Shown piece after piece: positions 47,223 to 56,458 of a DNA stretch of 64,000 nt; within the stretch, counting starts at the first letter, position 1; every line of letters begins with the position of its first letter. The notes beneath the pieces were generated by a model. It searched no databases and was not told the DNA's origin. It saw only the letters and a program-made list of their open reading frames with translations. A program made the translations under genes and the position numbers. The stretch is taken from assembly GCA_040389365.1 (NCBI GenBank), contig JAZKAB010000003.1:7357-71356 (forward strand), written 5' to 3'. This DNA comes from Patescibacteria group bacterium. GTDB taxonomy: Bacteria > Patescibacteriota > Minisyncoccia > Phycocordibacterales > UBA9973.

Positions 47223-48951
47223 TCCTGAACCAGCAAAAACGCCTAGTATTTTTTCAATATTGGCATCATATCGCGGAATAATTATCTTTTTGATTGTATT
47301 GACCCTTGCAGGCAATGCTATCACTATTGCCATTCCGCAGCTTGTTGCAACTGCAATCGACCAGTTTATTGCCGGCGCTTTCCAGTCGCAAAAGACGCTT
47401 ATCGTATTTCTTGCGGCAGCAATTGGCATTTTTATCTTTACCTATATTCAAAGCATCGTACAAACCTATGCGTCTGAGCGCGTTGCGAGAGACATGCGCA
47501 ACAAGGTTATGGCAAAGGTGTCGCAGCAGAACTTTTCGTACGTGCAGCAGACCAGCCCTTCAGTATTGCTTACTAACCTTACTTCAGACATAGACGCGCT
47601 AAAGACATTCGTTGCGCAGGCGGTGTCGTCAATGGTGTCATCGTTGTTTATCATCATTGGTGTTTCAGTACTGATGCTGATGATCGACTGGAAGCTGGCG
47701 CTTATGGTATTGGCAATTATCCCTATCATCGGCGGCGCATTCGGCTTCGTATTGGGCAAAGTGCGGCCGCTCTTCGGCGTTATCCAGTCCGTTATCGACC
47801 GCCTCAACAAGGTTATCAATGAAAGCATCCTGGGCGCAGCGTTAATACGCGTGCTGAACTCGCACAAGCAGGAATATGACAAGTTTATGGCTGTGAACAG
47901 CGATGCTCGCGATAACGGATACAAGATACTGTCATTCTTTGCCGCCCTTATCCCGCTCATTATTTTTATTGCCAACGCTGCAGTTGTCGTGGTGCTTATT
48001 GTCGGAGGCCGCGCAGTTATCAATGACGCTATGAGCATTGGAGACTTTACTGCATTCAATGCATATATCGCCATTCTTATTTTCCCGATCATTATGATCG
48101 GCTTCATGAGCACGATTATCGCTCGTGCGAGCGCCTCATACCAGCGCATCCATGCCGTACTGTCTGCGCCGCTTGCAGAAGAAAAGGGAACTGTCACTGC
48201 AGCCCTGACAGGCGCTATTACAGTGAGCGATATATCATTATTGTTTGGCGAAAAGGAAGCGCTTAAAAAGGTTTCTTTCAGCATCGCTCCAGGCACCAAG
48301 AATGCCATTATTGGCCCTACCGCGGCCGGCAAAACGCAATTGCTGTATGTTATGACCGGATTGCTGACTCCAGGTACAGGGACAGTGCAGTATGACGGAC
48401 TGTCGCTTGAAGAATATGACCAGCATGCACTGCATGAGCAGATCGGCTTCGTCTTTCAGGATAGCGTTATCTTTAACACGTCAGTGAAGGAAAACATCGC
48501 ATTCAGCACGACCGTGACTGACGAGTCATTGCAAAAGGCAATCGGCACAGCCGAACTTGGCAAGCTCATTGAATCGCTGCCGCATGGCTTGGAAGAGCTG
48601 ATTTCAGAGCGCGGTACAAACCTCTCAGGAGGTCAGAAGCAGCGCATTATGCTTGCGCGCGCCTTAGCGCTCAATCCCCGTATCCTGTTTCTTGATGACT
48701 TTACCGCTCGCGTTGATACGCAGACGGAGCAGAGTATTCTTGCAAACGTGCAGAAGAACTACCCTGACCTGACACTTGTCTCAATTACGCAAAAGATTGC
48801 TGCAATAGAAGCATACGACAACATTATCGTTATCATGGAAGGCGAGCTGCTTGCGCAAGGGACGCATAAGGAGCTTATGCAGCGCTCTCCTGAATACGTC
48901 CAGATTTACCAGTCTCAGCAAAGTACCGAACACTATGAACTACAAGCTTGA
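47212..48951 (+). CDS. ABC exporter half-transporter (permease-ATPase), 579 aa
   Basis: 6 TM, Walker A GPTAAGKTQL, signature LSGGQKQRIMLARAL, Walker B LFLDDFT (degenerate D-loop). Confidence 0.8.
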   Translation: MSNSPEPAKTPSIFSILASYRGIIIFLIVLTLAGNAITIAIPQLVATAIDQFIAGAFQSQKTLIVFLAAAIGIFIFTYIQSIVQTYASERVARDMRNKVMAKVSQQNFSYVQQTSPSVLLTNLTSDIDALKTFVAQAVSSMVSSLFIIIGVSVLMLMIDWKLALMVLAIIPIIGGAFGFVLGKVRPLFGVIQSVIDRLNKVINESILGAALIRVLNSHKQEYDKFMAVNSDARDNGYKILSFFAALIPLIIFIANAAVVVVLIVGGRAVINDAMSIGDFTAFNAYIAILIFPIIMIGFMSTIIARASASYQRIHAVLSAPLAEEKGTVTAALTGAITVSDISLLFGEKEALKKVSFSIAPGTKNAIIGPTAAGKTQLLYVMTGLLTPGTGTVQYDGLSLEEYDQHALHEQIGFVFQDSVIFNTSVKENIAFSTTVTDESLQKAIGTAELGKLIESLPHGLEELISERGTNLSGGQKQRIMLARALALNPRILFLDDFTARVDTQTEQSILANVQKNYPDLTLVSITQKIAAIEAYDNIIVIMEGELLAQGTHKELMQRSPEYVQIYQSQQSTEHYELQA

Positions 48952-50686
48952 TACCTCAACCGAAAAGTCATCGCTCATCAAGGCGCTTAAGAAGCTGCTG
49001 CCGTATTTGAAGGGCGAGAACGCAAAGCTCGTTATTGCTTTTGCTGCCATTATTATCAATTCCGGCTTGCTGCTCTTGTCGCCATTGCTTGTTGGACAGG
49101 CCGTCAACAGATTTATATTGACCAAGCAGCCTGACGGCATGCTTGCGTACAGCGCGCTCATCATGGGCGTATTCGTGCTTGCGGCTGGCGCCAATTACAT
49201 TCAGTCAAAGGTTATGGGAGGCGTGGGTCAGCGGTTGCTGTTTACGCTTCGCAATGCCATCTTTACCAAGCTGCAGAAGCTGCCAATTGCATTCTTCAAT
49301 CAGAACAAGGCCGGAGACTTGATCTCTCGAATCAATAGCGATACTGACAATCTTAATAACTTCTTCTCGCAGTCGCTTATGCAGTTTATCGGAAACGTCT
49401 TTGTGATTATCGGCGCTACCGTGTTTATTCTTGCAATCAACCTCAAGCTAGGGCTTGCTGCTCTTGTTCCGCTTGTTGTTGTACTGGTTATTACCCGAGT
49501 GCTTTCTCCATGGATCAAGCGACGCAATGCCAAGAGCCTGCAGCAGGTTGGCAGCATGAGCGCTGAGATTCAGGAAAGCCTCGGCAATTTCAAGGCAATT
49601 GTCGCGTTCAACCGCAGAGACTATTTCCGAGAGAAATTTAGCGAAGCGAACCTTAGAAACTTCACTACGGCTATACGCGCAGGCTTCGCGAACAATATTT
49701 TTATTGCGCTCTATGGCTTTGCTGCGAGCGCAGCCCAGCTCATTGTATTGCTCTACGGCATTCACCTGATCGTTATCGGCAATTTCACTATCGGCTTCCT
49801 TATCAGCTACCTTTCATACGTGACGAGACTGTATGACCCGCTGAGGCAGATGGGAACGCTCTGGGCAACATTCCAGACAGCTATGGCAAGCCTTGACCGC
49901 ATTACTGCCATCACGGCGCTTGAAAACGACATGCCGCAGCTTGAAGCGTCTTCTGAAGCAGCAATACCGACGCTGCTGTCATTCCAGCATGTTGGCTTTG
50001 CATACCCTGAAGGAAAAAAGGTGTTGCATGACATCTCTTTCTCGCTGCAGCCAGGCAAGACCTATGCATTGGTCGGCCCGACAGGCGGCGGCAAGACAAC
50101 AACTGCTTCATTGATGGCGAGACTCTTTGATCCGACAGAAGGAACCATTACCTTTGAAGGAAAAGACATACGAACATTCTCTCCTGAAGAGCGAGTGCAG
50201 AAAATCGGCTTTATTCTGCAGGAACCATTCCTCTTTACCGGCACTGTTGGAGAAAATATTTTCTATGCTAATGATCGATATGCCACACAGACGCAGGAAC
50301 AGTATGCTGCAGCGCTTGAGGCTGCCGGGCTTTCTGCGCTTGTTGCTCAGTTTGAAGAGGGACTGGCTACGCCCGTATCGCACAACGGAGAAAGCATCAG
50401 CCTCGGACAGCGACAGCTGATCGCATTCATGCGCGCCGTATTGCGCACCCCTGACATTATTATTCTAGACGAGGCAACTGCAAACATTGATACTGTCACC
50501 GAGCACTTGCTGCAGCAGGTTATCGACAAGCTGCCTGAAAAGACAACTCGCGTTATCATTGCGCACCGTCTCAACACCATTCAGAATGCTGATGAGATAT
50601 TCTTTGTAAATGGCGGATCGGTAACTCCTGCTGGATCGCTTGATCATGCGATGGAGATGCTAATGCATGCAAAGAGAAGCAGTTAA
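48935..50686 (+). CDS. ABC exporter half-transporter partner, ~583 aa
   Basis: Start MNYKLDTSTEK overlaps the upstream stop by 17 nt. Walker A GPTGGGKTT, signature ISLGQRQLIAFMRAV, Walker B IILDEATANID. Likely a heterodimer with the preceding gene. Confidence 0.8.
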   Translation: MNYKLDTSTEKSSLIKALKKLLPYLKGENAKLVIAFAAIIINSGLLLLSPLLVGQAVNRFILTKQPDGMLAYSALIMGVFVLAAGANYIQSKVMGGVGQRLLFTLRNAIFTKLQKLPIAFFNQNKAGDLISRINSDTDNLNNFFSQSLMQFIGNVFVIIGATVFILAINLKLGLAALVPLVVVLVITRVLSPWIKRRNAKSLQQVGSMSAEIQESLGNFKAIVAFNRRDYFREKFSEANLRNFTTAIRAGFANNIFIALYGFAASAAQLIVLLYGIHLIVIGNFTIGFLISYLSYVTRLYDPLRQMGTLWATFQTAMASLDRITAITALENDMPQLEASSEAAIPTLLSFQHVGFAYPEGKKVLHDISFSLQPGKTYALVGPTGGGKTTTASLMARLFDPTEGTITFEGKDIRTFSPEERVQKIGFILQEPFLFTGTVGENIFYANDRYATQTQEQYAAALEAAGLSALVAQFEEGLATPVSHNGESISLGQRQLIAFMRAVLRTPDIIILDEATANIDTVTEHLLQQVIDKLPEKTTRVIIAHRLNTIQNADEIFFVNGGSVTPAGSLDHAMEMLMHAKRSS

Positions 50687-50695
50687 TCGCAATAG

Positions 50696-50730
50696 AAAAA
50701 CACCCTGATGACCAGGGTGTTTTTTGTTCG
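50696..50730. terminator. hairpin terminator AAAAACACCCTGATGACCAGGGTGTTTTTTG
   Basis: Perfect hairpin plus T-run between convergent genes. Confidence 0.65.
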
Positions 50731-50735
50731 GTATT

Positions 50736-51593
50736 TTATTTCCTTGAAAGAAAGCCGTATCGCTTTGAGTAGACAAAGGTTCCTGCAGCGCCTATAAAGA
50801 ATACCTGCGCAGAATAATAGACCCAGAGCAGAAGACCGACAATTGATCCCGCAGCGCCATAGGCTGTCGTTGTCCCGAATGAGGCGATATACCAGGTAAT
50901 GAGGAATTTCCCGATAAGAAACAGTGCAGAGGTTGCAAGTGCTCCCCAAAACAGCTCTTCCCTCGGCAGCTTGGTATTCGGCAGTATGCGATAGACGATG
51001 CCAAACAATAGCGTGCCGCCAGCAAGCGTAACTAATACATTGAAAGCTGCGAGCACTATGTCATTTTGCAATATGCCGGGGAGGGAGTAGTGGAAGAATG
51101 ACATGAAGACGCTAAAGGCAACTACAAACAGAAACAGCAAGCCGAATAGTAAAATAAGAGAGAGTGCCAAAAGGCGATCTTTGATAAAATTAAGCAGCTT
51201 TATGCGAGTGCTTTCTTTTGGAACTCTGCCCGACGTATCCCAAAGCTCATCGAGGTCAGTATCAAGCTCTGCGAGCACGCCTAGCGCTGCAACAGTGAGC
51301 AGTATCCCGCCAATAATGGCTGTAAGAACGCCAGTATGGCTTCTATACGCGCTATTAATAAGCGTTTGAATAATAACCGCTAGGTTAGGGCCAACTGCCA
51401 AGCTTAGTGTCTTGCCAACAACCTGCGTTGTCGTCTGCTTGTCAAAGATGGTGCGCACGATTGCGATAAGCAGGATAAATAGGGGCGCAATTGAAAAGAT
51501 CGTGTAGTACGAAATAGCGGCGCCCATGCGTGACGCTCGTTTCTTTTGCCAATGCGCAAAGGTGTCTCGTGCCAGAATCGCTATCTTACTCAT
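50736..51593 (-). CDS. yihY: YihY/BrkB family inner-membrane protein
   Basis: GAAISYYTIFSIAPLFILLIA N-terminal motif and 6 TM. Start at internal Met MSKIAIL (51593); the longer track ORF to 51731 overlaps the acidic sORF. Confidence 0.65.
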   Translation of the reverse strand: MSKIAILARDTFAHWQKKRASRMGAAISYYTIFSIAPLFILLIAIVRTIFDKQTTTQVVGKTLSLAVGPNLAVIIQTLINSAYRSHTGVLTAIIGGILLTVAALGVLAELDTDLDELWDTSGRVPKESTRIKLLNFIKDRLLALSLILLFGLLFLFVVAFSVFMSFFHYSLPGILQNDIVLAAFNVLVTLAGGTLLFGIVYRILPNTKLPREELFWGALATSALFLIGKFLITWYIASFGTTTAYGAAGSIVGLLLWVYYSAQVFFIGAAGTFVYSKRYGFLSRK

Positions 51594-51813
51594 TGTCCTT
51601 GCTGTCGCGGTCTCCTTCAAGCTCCTGCTGAAGCTCGTCTTTTGCGCCGTCTTGGCCTGCAAAGCTTTCTTCGCTCTGATCCTGCTCGATTGCGTCAAGC
51701 GGCTCGCCATCCTTGCCGTCAATCTGATCAAGATCCTCTAGATTTGCATATTCTGCGTTAGTATCAATCTCCTGATGCACAGGTGTCTTTTTTACGTTGT
51801 CGTCTTCATTCAT
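51586..51813 (-). CDS. small highly acidic protein, 75 aa
   Basis: D/E-rich (EDLDQIDGKDGEPLDAIEQDQSEE). Ends 8 nt inside the yihY start, so possible translational coupling. Confidence 0.3.
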   Translation of the reverse strand: MNEDDNVKKTPVHQEIDTNAEYANLEDLDQIDGKDGEPLDAIEQDQSEESFAGQDGAKDELQQELEGDRDSKDNE

Positions 51814-51883
51814 ATGCCTTCCTCAATTAATTGCTATACCTAAAGTATATACGAAAAGCCTAAAATATGCTTTACTGCTATAT

Positions 51884-52135
51884 ATGCATGATCACACAAA
51901 CAGAGCCCTTATTATCCTAATGATCGTTATTATTATAATTGTCGCAATTATCCTCTTTGTACCACGAGGCTATTATTACTACCCAGCAAACATTGGCACG
52001 ACTCGCGTACAGCGCACCGTGCCTGTTACGACAATACGCCCTGCAGTTATCGAGACTCATAGCTATACCACAACTCCCGTTACGACATACCAGCAGACAA
52101 CGACAACTGAGACAACTAATACCTCATCTCAATAG
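51884..52135 (+). CDS. small Tyr/Thr-rich single-TM protein (~83 aa)
   Basis: MHDHTNRALIILMIVIIIIVAIILFVPRGYYYYPAN...TTTTETTNTSSQ. Shares a YYYP motif with the 12077 peptide. Confidence 0.3.
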   Translation: MHDHTNRALIILMIVIIIIVAIILFVPRGYYYYPANIGTTRVQRTVPVTTIRPAVIETHSYTTTPVTTYQQTTTTETTNTSSQ

Positions 52136-53966
52136 CAGCAAGAAACACACTCATTCGATCTCGCTCAGCAAGCGCTATCTTAACCGCATGCTCAAGGGGA
52201 GCAATGAGATCCCAAAGAAAGGCTACGTCAGAAATGACCGTAGTCTTTTTTAATGCACTTTTAGCAAATGCGCAATGTGCAGCGATCAGAGCTGAGCAAT
52301 GATCGATCTCATGCTGCCAAAAGAGCTCCTGCAGCTCCTGCTCGTCTTTTGCAAGATCGATTTGCCTTCCTTTTTTCCATGCACGAAGCATATGAGCGCT
52401 CACGCTGTTAAGAAATCCGTTCTGCAGATCAAGCAGCCAGTCATGCGCATCGTCATTGAGCTGGCGCGCGATGAGATAGTGGATGAAGAATTCTTGCAGT
52501 ATGGCCGCGTCGCCACCCCGATGAGCCAGCATGCAGGCAAATAGTATTGGTATTGCATGGCCGAGCGACTTTTGCGCCAGTACCGCATAGTCGCCATAGT
52601 CAGGCAACGCTTCTGGAAGCACGAGTACATTATTCGCATTTTCTATACGGCACTGCTCATACTCCCAGGCAGTTGCTCCTGCAATGCCAGAAAGTATGTT
52701 TGAAAATAACCGCGTGTCGACCTGAAAAGAGGTGATAATTGTCTCTACCTTTCTAACGCAAAGTATTGCCAAAGGCAATAAGCCAACCGCATCTTCGCCA
52801 TCGACAATGTCGTCGCATATGCCATAGCCGATCCAGCCCAGTACTCCAAGCGCAGAAAGAGAAATAGCATTTTCTTCAGGAAGAAGCTGGGATGAAAAGC
52901 GATAGGGCAGCAAGACTACGTCGGACATATCCAAGGCATTCATTGCGTTGTCTAACTGCTGTTGTATCGCAGGAGAAGAATCGCTAAAAAGCGCTGAACA
53001 GTGCTGCCGTACTGCAGTTATAAGGTGAGGGTCAGTCTGCTCTGTGTTCGAGTGTCCTGAATATTGTATGGTCTTTTCGTATAGCGCAAGCGCCTCAACA
53101 CAGCATGCGCTTAGATGGGCACTGCAGCTGCTATGTACAGGGAATCCTTCTGCATACGATTCAATTATAAAGGGCGACTGAGGCCATTGCCCATCGACTG
53201 AAGAGTCGAGCAGGAATTGCACTCCTTCAGATACCTCAGTAGCTGAAACTCCCAGTCGCAACAGCGAAGATACAGCAAGCGCAGTACGCAGCGGCGTATC
53301 CCAATGACCGTTGCTGTTTCTTCTACCTACTATCTGCCTAACAAGCACATTCTTATCATGCCCCGCGTATGCTCTTGATATAAAATATAGTACGACAATA
53401 GGATCGTCATAATACTTAGATGCATGCGATTCGCTTAGGCATTGCTTCTCAATATATTTATCAAGTGTCTGCTGCTGAATTCCAAGCGACGCAAGCAGAA
53501 AAGCAATAGTGCTGTTAACAACCACATCGATATCATGCCACTCTGGCGACCGAGCATCGAGTATCCATGTTTGATATGGCCCGCCCGGCTTCTCCTCGTT
53601 GGCGATAAGCAATTGAGCCAGTCGTGCTAGATGCGTTTCAGTTACAAGCTCAGGCTGAAAGGAGTGAATAGCAAGCAGTGCAAGCGCCGTATCATCAAGA
53701 TCGTCAGGGTACGGCACAGAGGCTTCTTCGTCAGAGCCCCTTTGCCAATAATTGCAGGAAGAGGCATTGCTGAGCTGAGACAAGAGAAACCGGGCAGCCT
53801 TGTCTCGCATAGCGCTGTCAGAAACTGCAGTGCAGATAAGACTTGTATAGAATGTTGTAGGTTTGCCCTGGTCGCTTAGGAACGAACCGTTGCCTTGCTG
53901 CTGGGAGGCAATAAAGCGTAGCGCATCATTGCGCACCCTGTTTATGCGTCGTGTTTGGTCTGTCAT
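52116..53966 (-). CDS. two-domain terpene-synthase-like protein: N-terminal class II cyclase-like alpha/alpha-toroid domain (DxDDTA) + C-terminal squalene/phytoene-synthase-like class I domain (two Asp-rich motifs), ~617 aa
   Basis: PYPDDLDDTALALLAI matches the class II terpene cyclase DxDDTA protonation motif. QW-like repeats QQQGNGSF, NSNGHWDT, DGQWPQ are present. C-terminal motifs YGICDDIVDGED and IARQLNDDAHDWLLDLQNG align to trans-IPPS head-to-head motifs (PSY: RRTDELVDG / QLTNILRDVGEDARRG). The track ORF extends to 54167; the start at Met MTDQTRR (53966) overlaps the kinase 3' end by 41 nt. Confidence 0.55.
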   Translation of the reverse strand: MTDQTRRINRVRNDALRFIASQQQGNGSFLSDQGKPTTFYTSLICTAVSDSAMRDKAARFLLSQLSNASSCNYWQRGSDEEASVPYPDDLDDTALALLAIHSFQPELVTETHLARLAQLLIANEEKPGGPYQTWILDARSPEWHDIDVVVNSTIAFLLASLGIQQQTLDKYIEKQCLSESHASKYYDDPIVVLYFISRAYAGHDKNVLVRQIVGRRNSNGHWDTPLRTALAVSSLLRLGVSATEVSEGVQFLLDSSVDGQWPQSPFIIESYAEGFPVHSSCSAHLSACCVEALALYEKTIQYSGHSNTEQTDPHLITAVRQHCSALFSDSSPAIQQQLDNAMNALDMSDVVLLPYRFSSQLLPEENAISLSALGVLGWIGYGICDDIVDGEDAVGLLPLAILCVRKVETIITSFQVDTRLFSNILSGIAGATAWEYEQCRIENANNVLVLPEALPDYGDYAVLAQKSLGHAIPILFACMLAHRGGDAAILQEFFIHYLIARQLNDDAHDWLLDLQNGFLNSVSAHMLRAWKKGRQIDLAKDEQELQELFWQHEIDHCSALIAAHCAFAKSALKKTTVISDVAFLWDLIAPLEHAVKIALAERDRMSVFLAAIEMRY

Positions 53967-55407
53967 GGGTAGCGAGAAGAGGAATTCGGATGATAAATGT
54001 TGTGCCTTTATTCTCAGTACTAGTAACGGCAATAGATCCCTTGAAATAGCGCTCGATAATTTCTTTTGTCTGCGACAGGCCAATTCCAGTGCCCTTGCTG
54101 TAAGACTTGGTAGTGAAGAGCGGGTTGAAAATCGAGCCAATATGGTCTGGCGATATGCCGCAGCCATTGTCTCGAATGATAAGCACTATGCCATTTTTAT
54201 TTGATGCTTTTCTTAACAAAATATTAACGATACTCGTGCGATTGTTATTCTCGCATGCATCAACTGCATTCATGAGCAAATTGAGCACTGTCTGATAGAA
54301 CTTAAGCGCCGGGCCGTGCAGCTCAATTGCATCTTTGGCCTTGAATCGAAACTGTACCGATGCCTCTCGCGCCCTAAATTGCAGCATATCCATCGCATCG
54401 CGAATTTCTTTCTCAGGAGAGAAGACACTATGCGCGTCATCGCTTGCAATCTGCTTGCGCACTGACTGTATATGGTTTCCTAAGCGCTTGCTTGCTGCAA
54501 CTGCCTTGCCAACATACTGCTGCACTTCTGGCAAATGTTCCGGTGAGCCTTCCAGGCGAGAAACGTTAATGACAACGACATTGAGCACATTCATCAGGTC
54601 ATGAAATATGCCCGAAGAAAGCTTGCCGAATTCCGCAAAGCGGTACAGCTGCGAAACCTTGTCTTCCTGAGCCCCTTTCAATTCTCTGGTGCGCTCTTCA
54701 ACTTTGATTTCCAACAAGTTTCTTTCTTCAAGCAGTGCCTTTTCTGAGGCGCGTGCCCGCTTGAGCGAACGCTCAATCTCTCTATTCGAAAGCCAGGAAA
54801 CGCCAGTTATGACAAACAGCACGACTGAGAGCTCGAACGGATCGCTGATGCTTATCGGCGCATGCTTCCATGCTAATACTGGATTTATAACCGCATGCAG
54901 CTGAAGATACGTAATGCCGATAATTGAAAGCGCAATGACGGAAGCTGCCAGAAACGCAAAGCGAGTCGAGATCAGAATGCTCGATATGACAATAATCACA
55001 ATGTAGCTGATAGTTACCAGCGGCAGCTCAACGCCCCAATGGATTGCGCCATAAGTCGTAAGCACAAAGTAGAAGAGGAGGAATATAAGGCCAGAAGTTT
55101 TGTAATAGCCCTTTCGGGACAGGAGCAGCAGGGAACCAAATACCAAAATAAACAGATTGAAGCTTATGAGAGATATGCCGTGGTAATGTGCGCCTTGCTT
55201 AATGGTATCTATTGCAATGATGCTGTGCAGGAAAAGCAGAAAGGGGATTATGCAGCACAGAATAGTGTTGAGAATAAACTCATACCGCTGCGTATCTTCA
55301 TCAGATGATTTCGGCGCTATGAAAGCTGCATACATATACTCAATACTGCGCCCGAATAAGCTTTCGGAAAATGAGCGGAGTTTTCTTATTCTAGGGCGAG
55401 TATTCAT
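53926..55407 (-). CDS. sensor histidine kinase (polytopic membrane N-terminus, HisKA, HATPase_c)
   Basis: ~6 N-terminal TM helices, an H-box region (SSGIFHDLMNVLN), and G-boxes (IRDNGCGI, GTGIGLSQTKEII). Confidence 0.8.
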   Translation of the reverse strand: MNTRPRIRKLRSFSESLFGRSIEYMYAAFIAPKSSDEDTQRYEFILNTILCCIIPFLLFLHSIIAIDTIKQGAHYHGISLISFNLFILVFGSLLLLSRKGYYKTSGLIFLLFYFVLTTYGAIHWGVELPLVTISYIVIIVISSILISTRFAFLAASVIALSIIGITYLQLHAVINPVLAWKHAPISISDPFELSVVLFVITGVSWLSNREIERSLKRARASEKALLEERNLLEIKVEERTRELKGAQEDKVSQLYRFAEFGKLSSGIFHDLMNVLNVVVINVSRLEGSPEHLPEVQQYVGKAVAASKRLGNHIQSVRKQIASDDAHSVFSPEKEIRDAMDMLQFRAREASVQFRFKAKDAIELHGPALKFYQTVLNLLMNAVDACENNNRTSIVNILLRKASNKNGIVLIIRDNGCGISPDHIGSIFNPLFTTKSYSKGTGIGLSQTKEIIERYFKGSIAVTSTENKGTTFIIRIPLLATHDRPNTTHKQGAQ

Positions 55408-55426
55408 TATAGGTAGCGAGCTGTTG

Positions 55427-55633
55427 CTATTCGTCTCCAGCCCACGGGGTAAAGGCGGACTGCTGGTAGGCGGCAGCTCTTATGGAGTCTGCGCTGCGCG
55501 CCGAAGGGTCAATGAGCATGCGCTCGATTGCTTTTTTCATACTGAAGAATGATACAGGCTGCGAGCTATTCGACAATAGCTCGAAGTCCAGTGTATACAA
55601 ACGCATATCAATTGGAACCGAAGATTTTATCAT
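55427..55633 (-). CDS. 68-aa hydrophilic sORF translationally coupled (TAATG) to the response-regulator gene
   Basis: MIKSSVPIDMRLYTLDFELLSNSSQPV... Start overlaps the RR stop codon. Ends 20 nt before the kinase ATG. Confidence 0.4.
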   Translation of the reverse strand: MIKSSVPIDMRLYTLDFELLSNSSQPVSFFSMKKAIERMLIDPSARSADSIRAAAYQQSAFTPWAGDE

Positions 55634-56307
55634 TATTTCATCAAGTCTATCTTGTATCCTCTTCCTGCAACGCTATGAATAAGCTTGGTCTTGTCCTTAT
55701 GCTCGATCTTCTTGCGCAGGTTCAGGATATGAGTCTCAATAGTATTAGAAAACGGATCCAAGTCAACATCCCAAATATGCTCCATCAGCATGCCTCTGGT
55801 AACGACAACGCCAGCGTGCTTCATAAGATATTCAAGCAGCGAAAATTCCTTGCGGGTAAGGTACACGGGAACGCCTGACCGAGATGCGGTTTGCCGAATG
55901 GTATCGAGCTCAAGATCGTCAAGCGTGAGAATTGACTGCTGCATCATAACCGGGCGCCGTACGACGGCCTGAATGCGGGCATAGATTTCGTCAAAGTACA
56001 GCGGCTTGGAGACATAATCATCGGCTCCAATAGTGAGCCCTCGAACCTTGTAGGGAACAGCGTCAGTAACAGATATCATTATGACTCTCGTATTCTTTCC
56101 GTTTTCCCTTATTTCTTCCAGTACTGAAAATCCGTTCATGTCAGGCAGGCCATAGTCAAGAAGGATAACATCATAGTCATTGGTCTTGGCAAGGTATACG
56201 CCTTTCTTTCCTGTGCCGACGCAGTCAACTGCAATGCCTTTTTCTAATAATCGCTCAGTTAGGAATAATTGCGTGTCTTTGTCGTCCTCGATAATCAGTA
56301 TTCTCAT
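55633..56307 (-). CDS. OmpR/PhoB-family response regulator
   Basis: Receiver domain (MRILIIEDD, conserved D in VILLDYGLPDMNG) and a C-terminal winged-helix Trans_reg_C. ATG at 56307 preferred over the track TTG at 56340. Confidence 0.85.
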   Translation of the reverse strand: MRILIIEDDKDTQLFLTERLLEKGIAVDCVGTGKKGVYLAKTNDYDVILLDYGLPDMNGFSVLEEIRENGKNTRVIMISVTDAVPYKVRGLTIGADDYVSKPLYFDEIYARIQAVVRRPVMMQQSILTLDDLELDTIRQTASRSGVPVYLTRKEFSLLEYLMKHAGVVVTRGMLMEHIWDVDLDPFSNTIETHILNLRKKIEHKDKTKLIHSVAGRGYKIDLMK

Positions 56308-56396
56308 ATTGGTGTGCTCAAAGTATAAAATACTGAGCAAGAAAAATCGACATAAAACCGTGCATAACTAGCCTAAAACCTTTATCTTTTCTTGAT

Positions 56397-56425
56397 TTGA
56401 CAAATGAGCCAATATTTCATATTAT
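56397..56425 (+). promoter_or_regulatory. promoter TTGACA-17-TATTAT for the marR operon; palindrome AGTTTAGCTAAGT near the start codon
   Basis: Consensus -35, good -10. TTAGCTAA is a palindrome core overlapping the 5'UTR (candidate MarR operator). Confidence 0.4.
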
Positions 56426-56458
56426 TCGAAATGCTAATAGTTAGTTTAGCTAAGTAAT

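Noticed and set aside
47466-48332. 288-aa minus-strand ORF
   Set aside because: Antisense inside the ABC exporter gene (Walker/signature motifs on the plus strand). No independent signals.
53967-54167. Longer N-terminus (to 54167) of the terpene-synthase-like ORF
   Set aside because: Would overlap 240 nt of the kinase gene's 3' end. Internal Met MTDQTRR at 53966 is more plausible, though still overlapping by 41 nt.
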